DNA of 64,000 nt from Minisyncoccota bacterium (GCA_035549255.1 DASZRD010000005.1:58-64057); one strand, 5' to 3'. Numbered from the stretch's first letter, positions 1 through 10,175 are shown. Translations and numbers: made by a program. The notes: generated by a model from the sequence alone, not told the origin.

Positions 1-576
1 CGGGTCTTCGCCAGGCAGCGGCGGGAACATGAGGTCAGCTCCGCTCGTAAGACCGGTCTCGTCGATCGATTCAGGTTTGGGAACCTGAAAGACGGCCGAA
101 CCCGAAGCGATCGCAATACCATTCGACTCTGAATCCGAGGATTCAGGCCGGGGCACATACGTCCGCACCTTGCAGGCAAGTTGCCAGTCGGTATCGCTCA
201 CGCTCTTGGCGCTCGTTATCTCGCATGCGGCACGGACCAGCTCTCCGGTGAAGAGGGGGCCCACAAACAGAAGCGGCTTGATGGCGATAACCACCGTACC
301 CTGGCCGAACTCCTTCACGAAGCACCCGGGCAGATAGTCGAGCGGCATCATGCCCGGTACGATCCATTCGCCCGGTTTCCGCACTTCGATCTGGCGCCGG
401 CGGCAGTATGCTTCCACCGCCCGCGCGTCGCCATGTATGAGGTTGGGATCGGCAACATCCGTAACATAGTTTGCGACAGCGATCCGGCTAAATGGGCCGA
501 GATCGAAGGTGAAGACATACCCCGGTTTCCAAGGGCAATCGTTCTGTACCGGCATGGCCGGTGCCTCGATAGTCAT
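1..576 (-). CDS. MaoC-like hot-dog fold dehydratase, runs off the left edge (not in ORF track)
   Basis: Manual translation from ATG 576 (SD AAGGAGG at 584-590): MTIEAPAMPVQNDCPWKPGYVFTFDLGPFSRIAVANYVTDVADPNLIHGD...IVPGMMPL...FVGPLFTGELV. Open to position 1; D-x-N-x-x-H motif of the MaoC family. Confidence 0.7.
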   Translation of the reverse strand, partial: MTIEAPAMPVQNDCPWKPGYVFTFDLGPFSRIAVANYVTDVADPNLIHGDARAVEAYCRRRQIEVRKPGEWIVPGMMPLDYLPGCFVKEFGQGTVVIAIKPLLFVGPLFTGELVRAACEITSAKSVSDTDWQLACKVRTYVPRPESSDSESNGIAIASGSAVFQVPKPESIDETGLTSGADLMFPPLPGEDP

Positions 577-748
577 AGATAGACCTCCTTATGCTGGAAT
601 GTTATCGAGAACGACGCGCCCCTTGGCGCCCCATCCGGAAATATAATACCACACAATTTTAAAACTGCAATTTCCGCCGTGGATTACACGCTTGCGGGCG
701 TCTTAGGAAAGCGTACTCTGATAGCGGAGCTGGACACGGGAGATTGCC

Positions 749-847
749 ATGCATACGGACACGCCTTCGATTGCGTTCCTGGCCGGCGCGCTCCTGCTCG
801 CCGCCTACACAGCCTTTCACTTCGGTCTGTTCCACGGACTCATATAA
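749..847 (+). CDS. 32-aa hydrophobic small peptide (below ORF-track cutoff)
   Basis: MHTDTPSIAFLAGALLLAAYTAFHFGLFHGLI*. GGGAG upstream, TTGCGG-16-TACTCT promoter-like motif, terminator downstream. Confidence 0.45.
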   Translation: MHTDTPSIAFLAGALLLAAYTAFHFGLFHGLI

Positions 848-884
848 GCTTTGAGCCATGTGATACCTGGATGCTCGATACCTT

Positions 885-913
885 GCCGCCCTCTCAGTAG
901 AGGGCGGCTTTTT
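885..913. terminator. Intrinsic terminator between the small peptide gene and rmuC
   Basis: GCCGCCCTCT-cagt-AGAGGGCGGC followed by TTTTT. Confidence 0.75.
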
Positions 914-2003
914 ATTCTCGTCCCTCGAGCATCGGCCGCTCAACGCCGTCCAATTGTAATTCCATAGACTCTTCGGTGATCTTGAGCACATCCTTATCTA
1001 TAGAGCGGAAAGCCTTGCCCGACTTCTCGTAGTGGCCGACTGCCGCCGAGAGCGACTTGCCCAGGCTGTTGTGCGACTCTTCATACGATTTGAGATGCTT
1101 CGATAATTCAGAGACATTTTTAATAATATCCTTCGCTGCATCCTGCACCTTCATGCGCTGGAGATTAAAGAGCACTGTCTTGAGATACGCCAAGAAGGTT
1201 GTTGGTGACACGATGATAACGTTCTTCTGCTCATACGCATAAGCGATAAGATCCTTGGAATTGACGCCAACGCCCACGTCGCTGTTGAGGAGATCGTAAT
1301 AAATACCTTCGGCCGGGATAAACATAAAGGCGAACGGCAGCGTCCCTTCCTCCGGCCTAATATATTTTGCCGTTTCGTCGATGCGCTTTTTTACGTCGCT
1401 CTTGAACTCGCGGCGATATACCTCCTGGCGCTCCTCGTCGCCCTCGTGGATAAGGCGCATGTAATTCTCCAGTGGAAATTTGGCATCGATCGGCACCAAA
1501 CCTTCAGGTGTTTTAACGGCGAAGTCTACCTTCTCGCCATCGCGGAAGAGATACTGCGGCTCGTACTGGCCCGGAAGCACATTTGAAAGAATAAGTTCAA
1601 GGCTGGCTTCGCCCAAGTTGCCGCGCTGCTTTTGGTTCTTGAGGACAGCTTCAAGGTTATGGAGCTGCTCGGCAATCGTAAAAACCTGCTTGGTCGACTC
1701 CTTGGTCTCGGTAACGCCCTTCGTTACTTCAATTAACTGGTCGGAGACCTGCTTGGTGATGTTCTGCATGAGGCGCTGCGACTGATCGAACTGTCTCGAC
1801 ATCGAGTCGAACATGCGGTCAGTCCCCTCGCCGAGCTTGCCTTCAAGGTTGCGCGAGAGATCTTGTAATTGGTTTTGAAGTAGAACAAGGCTATGGCTAT
1901 CTCCGGCAGCTGACGAATTTCCTTGCTGCCTGCGCAAGAGGAGGAATATGAGCACGATATTTGCGATAACGACGACCACCAGAAGCGCGAGGATAGGATC
2001 CAT
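912..2003 (-). CDS. rmuC: DNA recombination protein RmuC
   Basis: N-terminal TM plus coiled coil; RGNLGE, PIDAKFPLENY, FMFIPAEGIYY, IVSPTT motifs. Confidence 0.93.
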   Translation of the reverse strand: MDPILALLVVVVIANIVLIFLLLRRQQGNSSAAGDSHSLVLLQNQLQDLSRNLEGKLGEGTDRMFDSMSRQFDQSQRLMQNITKQVSDQLIEVTKGVTETKESTKQVFTIAEQLHNLEAVLKNQKQRGNLGEASLELILSNVLPGQYEPQYLFRDGEKVDFAVKTPEGLVPIDAKFPLENYMRLIHEGDEERQEVYRREFKSDVKKRIDETAKYIRPEEGTLPFAFMFIPAEGIYYDLLNSDVGVGVNSKDLIAYAYEQKNVIIVSPTTFLAYLKTVLFNLQRMKVQDAAKDIIKNVSELSKHLKSYEESHNSLGKSLSAAVGHYEKSGKAFRSIDKDVLKITEESMELQLDGVERPMLEGRE

Positions 2004-2055
2004 TCCACTATGGTAACATTTCTGCTATGATGGCGGTACACAAATCTAAATTTAT

Positions 2056-2508
2056 ATGACACATCCAGAACTCAAGGAAGCTATTAAAGACGCCATGCGC
2101 GCAAAGGACGCTACTCGCTTAGCTGTCTTGCGCGGCATCTCTGCTGCCGCGACCAACGAAGCCGTCGCCAAGGGCAAGGGCCCCGACGGGCAGCTCACCG
2201 ACGATGAACTCATGACGGTTATTATCCGCGCCGGGAAGCAGCGCAAAGATTCTATCGAACAGTTCGAGAAAGGCGGCCGACCGGAGCTGGCAGAGACGGA
2301 GAAGGCTGAGCTTTCTATCATCGAGACGCTCCTCCCCAAACAAATGTCGCGCGAGGAAGTCGAGGCGGCAGTCAAAACCAAGGCTGCCGAGATGGGCGTC
2401 ACCGACAGGACCGGCGCCAACAAGCTCATGGGCATGCTCATGAAAGATCTCAAGGGCAAGGCTGACGGCACGATAGTGAAGGAAATCGTCGACCAATTGT
2501 TTCAATAA
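2056..2508 (+). CDS. yqeY: GatB/YqeY domain protein
   Basis: AMRAKD...KQRKDSIEQFEKGGRPELAETEKAEL...LPKQMS...GKADG. Confidence 0.93.
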   Translation: MTHPELKEAIKDAMRAKDATRLAVLRGISAAATNEAVAKGKGPDGQLTDDELMTVIIRAGKQRKDSIEQFEKGGRPELAETEKAELSIIETLLPKQMSREEVEAAVKTKAAEMGVTDRTGANKLMGMLMKDLKGKADGTIVKEIVDQLFQ

Positions 2509-2546
2509 TCAAAAGCCTTGTGCTGTAAGGTTATCCCCAAGCTTAC

Positions 2547-2575
2547 TTGCAATTCAATTAAGCTTGTGGTATAAT
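2547..2575 (+). promoter_or_regulatory. Sigma70 promoter
   Basis: TTGCAA-17-TATAAT preceded by TGTGG. Confidence 0.6.
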
Positions 2576-2623
2576 TAATGGCAGGTAAAGTTCTGCAATT
2601 CACCCCAAACGCGGAGGCCCGCA

Positions 2624-2848
2624 ATGGATCGGTATCTGGAGAAGTGGGCAAGTGGCTCGACGCCGCTCGACTACTCGCCCCATGGCGCGCCGCGGCAAGA
2701 GCCGCGACCGCCGAAAGATTTTCCTGACCCCAAGAAGGTCAGCGAAGAGCGCGATCGCAACCGGCAGTTCGCCCGGTATCGCAAGCGGGGCTTCACCCGC
2801 CGCGACATCAAGCGCACGCGCGAGATCGTCGGCGAGCGCGATGAGTAA
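2624..2848 (+). CDS. Hypothetical basic protein
   Basis: 74-aa ORF, GGAGG upstream, downstream of the promoter; stop overlaps the next ATG (ATGAGTAA). Confidence 0.45.
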   Translation: MDRYLEKWASGSTPLDYSPHGAPRQEPRPPKDFPDPKKVSEERDRNRQFARYRKRGFTRRDIKRTREIVGERDE

Positions 2849-3167
2849 TCGCGCTCGCAAGCCGCACGGCAAGGTTGAGGAATTCTCGCCGTTTGATAAG
2901 GCGAGGCTCAACAACGGCGTGCCCGACCTCAATGAGCAGTTCTGCAATATCCTGCTTGTCGAGGTTGAGAAGCGCATCGCCAGGCGTGAAGAAGCCGAAA
3001 GCGCCATGGAGTTTGTTCTTGATCTCAATGGAGTTGGAGATCCAGACCGGCGCCATGCGTACAAAAGCTTCTTCGGCCACACCTGGGCCGCGCGCAGGCG
3101 CAATAGAATAAAGGATCGGGACGCGCGAGAGTTCGCCCCGGTCGACGAGGACGGTAATCAGCAATGA
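2841..3167 (+). CDS. Hypothetical protein
   Basis: 108 aa from ATG 2841, overlaps the previous ORF; convergent with rarA. Confidence 0.55.
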   Translation: MSNRARKPHGKVEEFSPFDKARLNNGVPDLNEQFCNILLVEVEKRIARREEAESAMEFVLDLNGVGDPDRRHAYKSFFGHTWAARRRNRIKDRDAREFAPVDEDGNQQ

Positions 3168-3183
3168 GAGCCGTCCTTTTTGT

Positions 3184-4365
3184 TTACTTGTCTTTCTTAT
3201 CGCCCTTGAGATACTTCTTCCCTTTTAATTTTTCTGGAAGATAGCTTTCTTTGTCATAGCGCTCATAGCCTTTGCCGTACTTTAAATCTTTCATGAGCTT
3301 GGTCGGCGCGTTGCGAATCTTGAGCGGCACAGGCAGGTTGCCGAACTTACGCACGTCGTCGAGTGCCTCGAAGTACGCTTCGTAGGCGCTCTTGTCCTTC
3401 TTGCATTGGCTGAGGTACGCGACGCCGTGTGCCAAGTTAATCGCGCACTCCGGGTAGCCGATCTTCTCGCATGCTTCAAAGACCGCGTTGGCGACAACGA
3501 GCGCAGTCGGCGCTGCAAGCCCCACATCCTCGCTCGCGAAGATGACCATGCGCCGTGCGATAAACAGCGGGTCCTCGCCAGCCTCCACCATGCGGCCGAG
3601 GTAGTAGAGCGCGGCGTCGGGCTGCGAGGCGCGCATAGATTTAATAAACGCGCTGATGGTATTGTAGTGCTCCTCGCCCTTTTTATCGTAGCGCAGGTGG
3701 GTCGACTGAATCGACTCTTTGAGCGTCTCGACCGTAATCTTGCCATAGATTTTGTAGGTATTCTCAAGCGCGGTGATAGCCTGCCGCGCGTCGCCGCCCG
3801 CCATGGCGATCAGCCATTCCCTCGCATCCTTCGGAAGTTTTGTTTTAAGCGCCTTGGCCGCTCGGTCGAGAATATACTCGCTGTCTTTCTCGGTAAGCTC
3901 GCCCATGACGAAGACGCGACAGCGCGAAAGGAGCGCAGGAATGACTTCAAACGAAGGGTTCTCGGTCGTGGCGCCGATGAGCGTCAGTTCCCCTCGCTCG
4001 ACGAACGGCAGGAGGAAATCCTGCTGCGCCTTGTTGAAGCGGTGGATTTCATCGATAAAAAGTACTTTCGGTTTACCGAAAGTAAATTTAATAGTGGTTT
4101 GACTGTTTTTCTCTCCTACGATGCGCTTGATATCCTCCTTACCGGAGTCGACCGCCGAGAGCTCATAAAACTCAGCATCGAGCGCGTTGGCATAAATCCG
4201 CGCCAGCGTCGTCTTGCCCGTCCCCGGCGGGCCCCACAATATAAAAGAAAACAGGTGCCCCCGCTCGATCGCTTCGCGCAACGGCTTGCCCTCCCCTACC
4301 AGGTGCTCCTGCCCGACGAAATCGTCGAGGTTTGTCGGTCGTATCCTTGACGCGAGCGGTTCCAT
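3184..4365 (-). CDS. rarA: Replication-associated recombination protein A (AAA+ MgsA/RarA)
   Basis: [43 protein letters not shown]. Confidence 0.96.
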   Translation of the reverse strand: MEPLASRIRPTNLDDFVGQEHLVGEGKPLREAIERGHLFSFILWGPPGTGKTTLARIYANALDAEFYELSAVDSGKEDIKRIVGEKNSQTTIKFTFGKPKVLFIDEIHRFNKAQQDFLLPFVERGELTLIGATTENPSFEVIPALLSRCRVFVMGELTEKDSEYILDRAAKALKTKLPKDAREWLIAMAGGDARQAITALENTYKIYGKITVETLKESIQSTHLRYDKKGEEHYNTISAFIKSMRASQPDAALYYLGRMVEAGEDPLFIARRMVIFASEDVGLAAPTALVVANAVFEACEKIGYPECAINLAHGVAYLSQCKKDKSAYEAYFEALDDVRKFGNLPVPLKIRNAPTKLMKDLKYGKGYERYDKESYLPEKLKGKKYLKGDKKDK

Positions 4366-4371
4366 GCGGGC

Positions 4372-4379
4372 AGTATACT
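4372..4379. promoter_or_regulatory. Palindromic shared -10 box for divergent leaderless rarA and ECF sigma
   Basis: AGTATACT reads TATACT on both strands, 6 nt from ATG 4365 and 7 nt from ATG 4387. Confidence 0.6.
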
Positions 4380-4386
4380 ACTCCCT

Positions 4387-4950
4387 ATGGAGAGAAGCGA
4401 CGAAGAGCTCATAGCCGCTTATATCGCGGGCGAGGAAAGCGCGTTCGCGATCGTGGTCGAGCGGCATCTGAAGGGCGTGTACTCCTTCGCGCGGCGGTTC
4501 GCCGGCCGCGAGGAGGATACGGAGGATATCGTGCAGGACATCTTCCTCAAGGCGTGGAAGAGCATCCATCGCTACGACTCTGAGGCGAGCAGATTCAAGA
4601 CCTGGCTCATGCGCATCGCGCGCAATACGACGATCGACCACTTGCGCAAGAAAAAGTCGCTTCCGATGTCGTACTTCGACACCGAGGACGGCAACGTCCT
4701 GCTTGAAAATCTCGAAGACGCCTCTCCGCTCCCCGACGAGGCGTTCATGCGCGCACAGAGCGACGAGGCAGTCCGCCGGGCCCTCGAGGAGCTCAAGCCC
4801 GCGCAGCGCGAAGTGCTGCTCTTGCATTACATGAGCGGCCTCACGTTCGAGGAGATCGGCCTAGCACTAAAAAAGCCCCCCAATACCGTTAAAAGCATCC
4901 ACCGCCGGGCGCTTGTGGCTCTCCGTTCCCTCCTGCACCAAGAATCCTAA
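4387..4950 (+). CDS. ECF-type RNA polymerase sigma factor
   Basis: EDIVQDIFLKAW, FKTWLMRIARNTTIDHLRK, region-4 HTH TFEEIG...NTVKSIHRRA. Confidence 0.93.
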   Translation: MERSDEELIAAYIAGEESAFAIVVERHLKGVYSFARRFAGREEDTEDIVQDIFLKAWKSIHRYDSEASRFKTWLMRIARNTTIDHLRKKKSLPMSYFDTEDGNVLLENLEDASPLPDEAFMRAQSDEAVRRALEELKPAQREVLLLHYMSGLTFEEIGLALKKPPNTVKSIHRRALVALRSLLHQES

Positions 4951-4962
4951 CCCTACCGTATA
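4934..4962 (+). promoter_or_regulatory. Putative ECF-sigma promoter overlapping the sigma gene 3' end
   Basis: TGCACC-N17-CGTATA resembles TGAAAC...CGTA ECF promoters; ATG 4970 lies 7 nt after it. Confidence 0.4.
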
Positions 4963-4969
4963 TATGCAT

Positions 4970-5344
4970 ATGCAAATTAGAGAATTAGACGCTCCACAGG
5001 GGCTTCTCGAAAAGACGCTTGCACGACTCTCTCTTGCCGCCCGTCGCCGCGCGCGGCTCTCATTCGCGCTCCACGGAGCCTTCGCGGCCGCATCCTTCTT
5101 GGCGCTTCTCCCAGCGCTGGCCTATGCCGGACAGCAGTTCGCCGCTTCCGGCTTCTCGTCCTATCTGTCGCTCATCTTCTCCGACAGTGGCGTGGCAGCG
5201 ACCTACTGGCGCGAACTTCTCCTGTCGCTCGCAGACTCGCTTCCCTCGCTCGCGCTTATTGCCGTATTAGTGCCCTTGTGCGTGTTTATTTGGGCGGTCA
5301 TCGCGATCCCGCGCAGTGCCCGTACGATGCTTCGATACGCGTAG
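4970..5344 (+). CDS. Membrane protein, putative anti-sigma factor
   Basis: Directly after the ECF sigma; short N-terminal helix then 2 TM segments; alternative start 4964. Confidence 0.65.
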   Translation: MQIRELDAPQGLLEKTLARLSLAARRRARLSFALHGAFAAASFLALLPALAYAGQQFAASGFSSYLSLIFSDSGVAATYWRELLLSLADSLPSLALIAVLVPLCVFIWAVIAIPRSARTMLRYA

Positions 5345-5374
5345 CTTTATTTTTATTTAGTATATTTTTCACGT

Positions 5375-5830
5375 ATGGACCTCAAGAATCTTGAAGACGC
5401 GCTTTTCTCCCCTACCGGCCGCTGGGTGCTCTCGGGCATCGCCGCGCTTATAGTGGCGCTCCTTATATTCCACGCGGGCATGGTCGTCGGCTACAACCGC
5501 GCATTCGAGTTCCACGGCGCGCCGCGGGAGTTCAGCGTGCGCATGGGCGGGCCGATCGGCTGGGGGCCGGATATCAGCGTGCCGACGAGCTTTATCCCCG
5601 AAGGTCACGGGATCGTAGGAACGATCGAGAGCGGCGGCTACCCCGTATTTACGATCACTGCGCCGGACGGCGACATCGTGCCGGTCATGATCGCTACCAC
5701 GACCGTCATCCGCGGCCCGCAGGGCGACGCCTCGACGAGCGCGCTCGTGCCGGAGCGGCATATCATCATCCTGGGCGATCCGGACGATGCGGGCCGCGTC
5801 AACGCCAATTTTATCCGTATCATTAAATAA
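5375..5830 (+). CDS. Membrane-anchored protein with OB-like (DUF5666-like) domain
   Basis: TM then GHGIVGTIES...TTVIRG...IIILGDPDDAGRVNANFIRI. Confidence 0.7.
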   Translation: MDLKNLEDALFSPTGRWVLSGIAALIVALLIFHAGMVVGYNRAFEFHGAPREFSVRMGGPIGWGPDISVPTSFIPEGHGIVGTIESGGYPVFTITAPDGDIVPVMIATTTVIRGPQGDASTSALVPERHIIILGDPDDAGRVNANFIRIIK

Positions 5831-5844
5831 CCAATCCTTCCTGT

Positions 5845-7668
5845 ATGTCGTTTATCACCCGCGTCTTCGCTTCGGCAAAAAAGTTCGCGCTCGCGCACAA
5901 GATCTGGAGCGCCGCGATCGTCATCGTGCTTCTCGGCGGCGGCTGGTATGCCTACGGCAAAATGACGTCAACGACCGGCGAGACGCGCTACGTGCTCGGC
6001 ACCGTCGCGACCGGCACGGTCGTCGCCAACGTGTCGGCGAGCGGACAGGTATCGACCTCCGACAAGGTCGACCTCTCGGCGAAGGCTTCCGGCGAGGTGG
6101 TGTGGGTGGGCGTCAAAGAGGGCGACACCGTGCGCGCGGGCCAGGCACTTGCGAGCCTGGATGCGACTGACGCCAAACAGTCGCTTGAGCAGGCCGAGGC
6201 CGCCTATGCCGAAGACCAGCTGCAATTCCAGCAAGCGCAAGCGCAGGCGCCGATCGACTATCAGAACGCCCAGCAAGCGGTGACCGACGCGCAGAGCGAC
6301 CTCACCTCAACCTACAATGATACGTTTAACACCCTCTCGACCACGTACCTCGATCTGCCGAACATCATGACCGGACTTCAAAACACGCTCGACGGCTATG
6401 ACCTGAGCCCGAGCAAGTCGCAGTGGAATATCGACGTGATGACGAACCTTTTTAACAACCTTCCGGCCGGCACCGCCTATACGACGATACAGAGCTTCTC
6501 GACGAGCGCGAGCGGCGATTACGCGACCGCGCGAAGCAAGTATGATGCAAGCGTCGTCGATTATAAGGCGATCTCCCGCTATTCGAGCGGCTCCGCACTC
6601 GAGAGCCAGCTCAGCGAGGCGGTCGATACGACGACCGCCGTGGCGCAATCGCTCCAGAGCACGCTCAACCTCCTTGGCGAAGTTGTCGAACTCGGCAAGG
6701 AGTACAACGTACCGGTGCCATCCCAGGTGAGCACGATGCAGACAAGCGTGCGCGGCTACCTCTCGACCGTCAACGGCGACCTCTCGTCCCTCCTCGCGCA
6801 GCAGAAGTCGATCGACAGCGGTAAGAAGGCCATTACGACCGCCCAGCAGAATCTCACGCTCCTCAACGTCGGCAACAATAGCTCCGGGAGCAACCCGATC
6901 AGCCTCCAGGTCTCGCAGAACAACCTCACCAAAGAGGCGCAGAATATCGAGAATCTCAAGGAAGCACTCGCCGATTACACGGTCGTGGCGCCCTTCGGCG
7001 GCACGGTGTCAGCCGTAAACGCGACCGTGGGCACCAACGCCTCAGGAGCGCTCGTGAGCCTCATTACCGATCAGGAGATCGCCACGCTTTCTCTCAACGA
7101 GGTCGACGCGGCTAAGGTGAAGGCCGGCGACAAGGCGACGCTCACCTTCGACGCGATCGACGGCCTTACTCTCACCGGCACGGTCGCCTCGGTCGACACG
7201 GTAGGCACGGTCTCGCAGGGCGTCGTCTCCTACGACATCACCCTCACCTTCGATACGCAGGACAGCCGCGTGAAGCCGGGCATGACCGTCAACGCCAGCA
7301 TCATTACCGACGCGCACCAGGACGTGCTGACGGTGCCCTCGAGCGCGGTCAAGACGGTCAACGGCTCGAGCTTCGTGCAGATCTTTACCCCTCCCCTCGC
7401 GAACACCGGCGGCACGCAGGGCGTAGTATCGGAAACGCCGCCCACGATGGCGCCAGTGACCGTCGGCCTTACCGGCGATACGACCGTAGAGATTACTTCC
7501 GGCCTCAGCGCGGGCGAGCAGATCGTTGTAAGCACGCGCACGAGCAATACGACAAGCGCATCGGCAACGGCGCGCACGAGTACGACCGGGACTGCCGGGA
7601 CCGCGACCTTCAGGGCTAGTGGCAACGCAGGCTTCGGCGGAGGCGGTACCGTGTTGCGCGGGCTCTAA
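5845..7668 (+). CDS. Efflux adaptor (MacA/HlyD-like) with long coiled coil
   Basis: VKEGDTVRAGQALA lipoyl-like motif, VAPFGGTV, VKPGMTVNASI, LTVPSSAV. Confidence 0.9.
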   Translation: MSFITRVFASAKKFALAHKIWSAAIVIVLLGGGWYAYGKMTSTTGETRYVLGTVATGTVVANVSASGQVSTSDKVDLSAKASGEVVWVGVKEGDTVRAGQALASLDATDAKQSLEQAEAAYAEDQLQFQQAQAQAPIDYQNAQQAVTDAQSDLTSTYNDTFNTLSTTYLDLPNIMTGLQNTLDGYDLSPSKSQWNIDVMTNLFNNLPAGTAYTTIQSFSTSASGDYATARSKYDASVVDYKAISRYSSGSALESQLSEAVDTTTAVAQSLQSTLNLLGEVVELGKEYNVPVPSQVSTMQTSVRGYLSTVNGDLSSLLAQQKSIDSGKKAITTAQQNLTLLNVGNNSSGSNPISLQVSQNNLTKEAQNIENLKEALADYTVVAPFGGTVSAVNATVGTNASGALVSLITDQEIATLSLNEVDAAKVKAGDKATLTFDAIDGLTLTGTVASVDTVGTVSQGVVSYDITLTFDTQDSRVKPGMTVNASIITDAHQDVLTVPSSAVKTVNGSSFVQIFTPPLANTGGTQGVVSETPPTMAPVTVGLTGDTTVEITSGLSAGEQIVVSTRTSNTTSASATARTSTTGTAGTATFRASGNAGFGGGGTVLRGL

Positions 7669-7674
7669 GAGCAT

Positions 7675-8388
7675 ATGATCGAAGTCAAAGACATCACCAA
7701 GACCTACGGGCATGGCGACACCGCATTCCAGGCGCTCAAGGGAGTCTCGTTCTCGATCAAGGACGGCGAATTCGTGGCGATCATGGGGCCGTCGGGCTCC
7801 GGCAAATCGACTATGATGCATATCCTCGGCTGCCTCGACACGCCGACCTCGGGCACCTATGTGCTTGACGGCAAAGACGTATCGAAAATGACGGACGAGG
7901 AGCTCGCCGATATCCGCAAAGACAAGATCGGCTTCGTTTTCCAAGCCTTCAACCTCCTCCCCCGCACGACCGTGCTGCGCAACGTCATGCTGCCGCTCGT
8001 CTACGCTGGAGTCGGCGAACACGAGCGCGAGAAGCGCGCGAAGAAGGCGCTCATTTCATCCGGCCTCGCCGAAACGCATTTCAGCCACAAGAGCAATGAG
8101 CTTTCGGGCGGGCAGATCCAGCGCGTAGCGATAGCCCGCGCGCTGGTCAATGACCCCAGCCTCATCCTCGCCGACGAGCCGACCGGCAACCTCGACACCA
8201 AGACCGGCGAGATCGTGCTAGGAACGTTCCAGAAATTAAACGAGGAGCACGGGCGCACGGTAGTGCTCATCACCCACGAGCCCGACGTCGCTGAGCATGC
8301 CGAGCGCATCATCGTGCTGCGCGACGGCGAGATCGTCTCCGATTCCAAATCCCACGCGCGCCGCAGAGCGAAACATCATGACCATTAA
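7675..8388 (+). CDS. ABC transporter ATP-binding protein (MacB/LolD type)
   Basis: GPSGSGKST, LSGGQ, ILADEPTGNLD. Confidence 0.96.
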   Translation: MIEVKDITKTYGHGDTAFQALKGVSFSIKDGEFVAIMGPSGSGKSTMMHILGCLDTPTSGTYVLDGKDVSKMTDEELADIRKDKIGFVFQAFNLLPRTTVLRNVMLPLVYAGVGEHEREKRAKKALISSGLAETHFSHKSNELSGGQIQRVAIARALVNDPSLILADEPTGNLDTKTGEIVLGTFQKLNEEHGRTVVLITHEPDVAEHAERIIVLRDGEIVSDSKSHARRRAKHHDH

Positions 8389-9628
8389 AGATACTTTGCA
8401 AGAAACATATACCGCCCTCTCGGCCAACAAAGTCCGCTCCGGGCTGACCGTTTTGGGCATCGTCATCGGCATCGGCTCGGTCATAGCCATGGTGTCGGTC
8501 GGCCAGGGCGCCGCGAGCGGCATCCAGTCGTCGATCCAATCGCTCGGCTCGAACCTCCTTCAAGTTTCCCCCGGCGCGCAGCGCATCGCGGGCGGATTCG
8601 GCGTCTCGCTCGGCCGAGGCTCGGCATCGACGCTGACCCAGGCCGACGCTGACGCTATCGGCGCCCAGGTTGCCGATATCAACGCCGTCGCGACCGAGGT
8701 ATCCGGCCGCCAGCAGGTAACCGCAAAGGGCACCAATACCAATACGAGCGTTGTGGGCGTCACGTCCGCATATCCGCAGATCCGCAACTTGCAGATGGAC
8801 CAGGGCGACTTTATCAGCGACACGCAAAATCAGAATATCTCCAAAGTCGCGGTGCTTGGGCCGACCGCTGCCAGCGACCTCTTTGGCACCGACGATAGCA
8901 CGGCTGACGGCTTGCCTGACGGCATTGTAGGCCAGACGATACGCATCAAGGGGATGGAATTCACCGTGATCGGCATTACGGCGGCCAAAGGCGGCAGCGG
9001 CTTCAGCAATCAGGACGACACCATATATATCCCGGCGGCTAGCGCGCAGCGCTATCTTACCGGCAACTCGGGCGTTACGACGATCGATATCCAGGCATCA
9101 AGCAACGGCGCGATGGCGCAGGTGCAGGACGATGTCACGAACCTCCTCCTCGAGCGCCATAATATTTCAGACCCGACCAAGGCGGATTTCAGCGTGCTCA
9201 ACCAGAACGACCTCCTCTCGACGGTCTCGAGCGTGTCGGCTACGCTCACCCTCCTCTTGGCCTCGATCGCGGGCATCTCGCTCGTCGTCGGCGGCATCGG
9301 CATCATGAACATGATGCTCACCACCGTTACCGAGCGCACGCGCGAGATCGGCCTGCGCAAGGCCATAGGCGCCAAGAAGGCCGATATCTCGCGGCAGTTC
9401 CTCGTCGAGGCGGTGGCGCTCACGGTCGCGGGCGGCGTGATCGGGATCGTGTTAGGAGTCGGCATCGCGGTGGGCGCCAATATGCTCGGGCTCCTCACGA
9501 CCAGTGTGTCGTGGAGCTCGGTCGTGCTCGCGTTCGGTGTATCGGCGGCCATAGGCATCGCGTTCGGGTACTACCCGGCGCGGCGTGCGGCTTCGCTCAA
9601 CCCGATTGAAGCGTTACGTTACGAGTAA
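8378..9628 (+). CDS. ABC transporter permease (MacB/FtsX family)
   Basis: RSGLTVLGIVIG, VGGIGIMNMM, TERTREIGLRKAIGA, YPARRAASLNPIEALRYE; start taken at ATG 8378. Confidence 0.95.
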   Translation: MTIKDTLQETYTALSANKVRSGLTVLGIVIGIGSVIAMVSVGQGAASGIQSSIQSLGSNLLQVSPGAQRIAGGFGVSLGRGSASTLTQADADAIGAQVADINAVATEVSGRQQVTAKGTNTNTSVVGVTSAYPQIRNLQMDQGDFISDTQNQNISKVAVLGPTAASDLFGTDDSTADGLPDGIVGQTIRIKGMEFTVIGITAAKGGSGFSNQDDTIYIPAASAQRYLTGNSGVTTIDIQASSNGAMAQVQDDVTNLLLERHNISDPTKADFSVLNQNDLLSTVSSVSATLTLLLASIAGISLVVGGIGIMNMMLTTVTERTREIGLRKAIGAKKADISRQFLVEAVALTVAGGVIGIVLGVGIAVGANMLGLLTTSVSWSSVVLAFGVSAAIGIAFGYYPARRAASLNPIEALRYE

Positions 9629-9713
9629 GGTGAACTGTGCGTCGTGCAAATAGTTCCCGTAGTCATACGAAGGAGAATTATTTGCACAAATTATAGAGAA
9701 TTAAACATATATC

Positions 9714-10175
9714 ATGAACAAAACAATCATCGGCGCGATCATTGCAGTTATTATTGTCGGCGGAGGCGCATTCTACGCCGGCACCGTCTACGGCAAGAGT
9801 TCGGGCCGCGGGCAGTTCGGCGGAGGCAATTTCACGCTTACCAACGGCGTGGGCGGCGCGCGCACCTTCACGCGCGGTGGCACCGGCGCGGGCGGAGCGG
9901 CAGGAGGCTTCACGGCAGGCAAAGTAATTTCCAATTCCGGCACGAGTATCTCGATTCAGGAACAAAACGGCAGCAGCACGGAAATAGTGCTGGTCGGGCC
10001 TTCGACGCAAATCCTCAAGTCGGACGCCGGCACTGCCAGCGACCTCACGGTCGGCACCGAGGTTACCGTCACCGGCAGCTCCAACAGCGACGGTTCGCTC
10101 ACGGCCAACTCGATCCAAATCCGCCCCGCGGGCATGGGCGAGTTTTCCCCTAGAGGTACTGCGCAAGGTCAGTAA
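9714..10175 (+). CDS. Gly-rich membrane-anchored DUF5666-like protein
   Basis: N-terminal TM, DLTVGTEVTVTGSSNSDGSLTANSIQI. Confidence 0.75.
   Translation: MNKTIIGAIIAVIIVGGGAFYAGTVYGKSSGRGQFGGGNFTLTNGVGGARTFTRGGTGAGGAAGGFTAGKVISNSGTSISIQEQNGSSTEIVLVGPSTQILKSDAGTASDLTVGTEVTVTGSSNSDGSLTANSIQIRPAGMGEFSPRGTAQGQ

Noticed and set aside
143-582. ORF-track calls 181..582(+) and 143..367(-)
   Set aside because: Shadow frames of the SD-led MaoC-like gene on minus, which runs off the edge
9683-9711. Second ECF-like motif TGCACA-N17-CATATA
   Set aside because: Ends 2 nt before the ATG, too close for a start site; -10 mismatch
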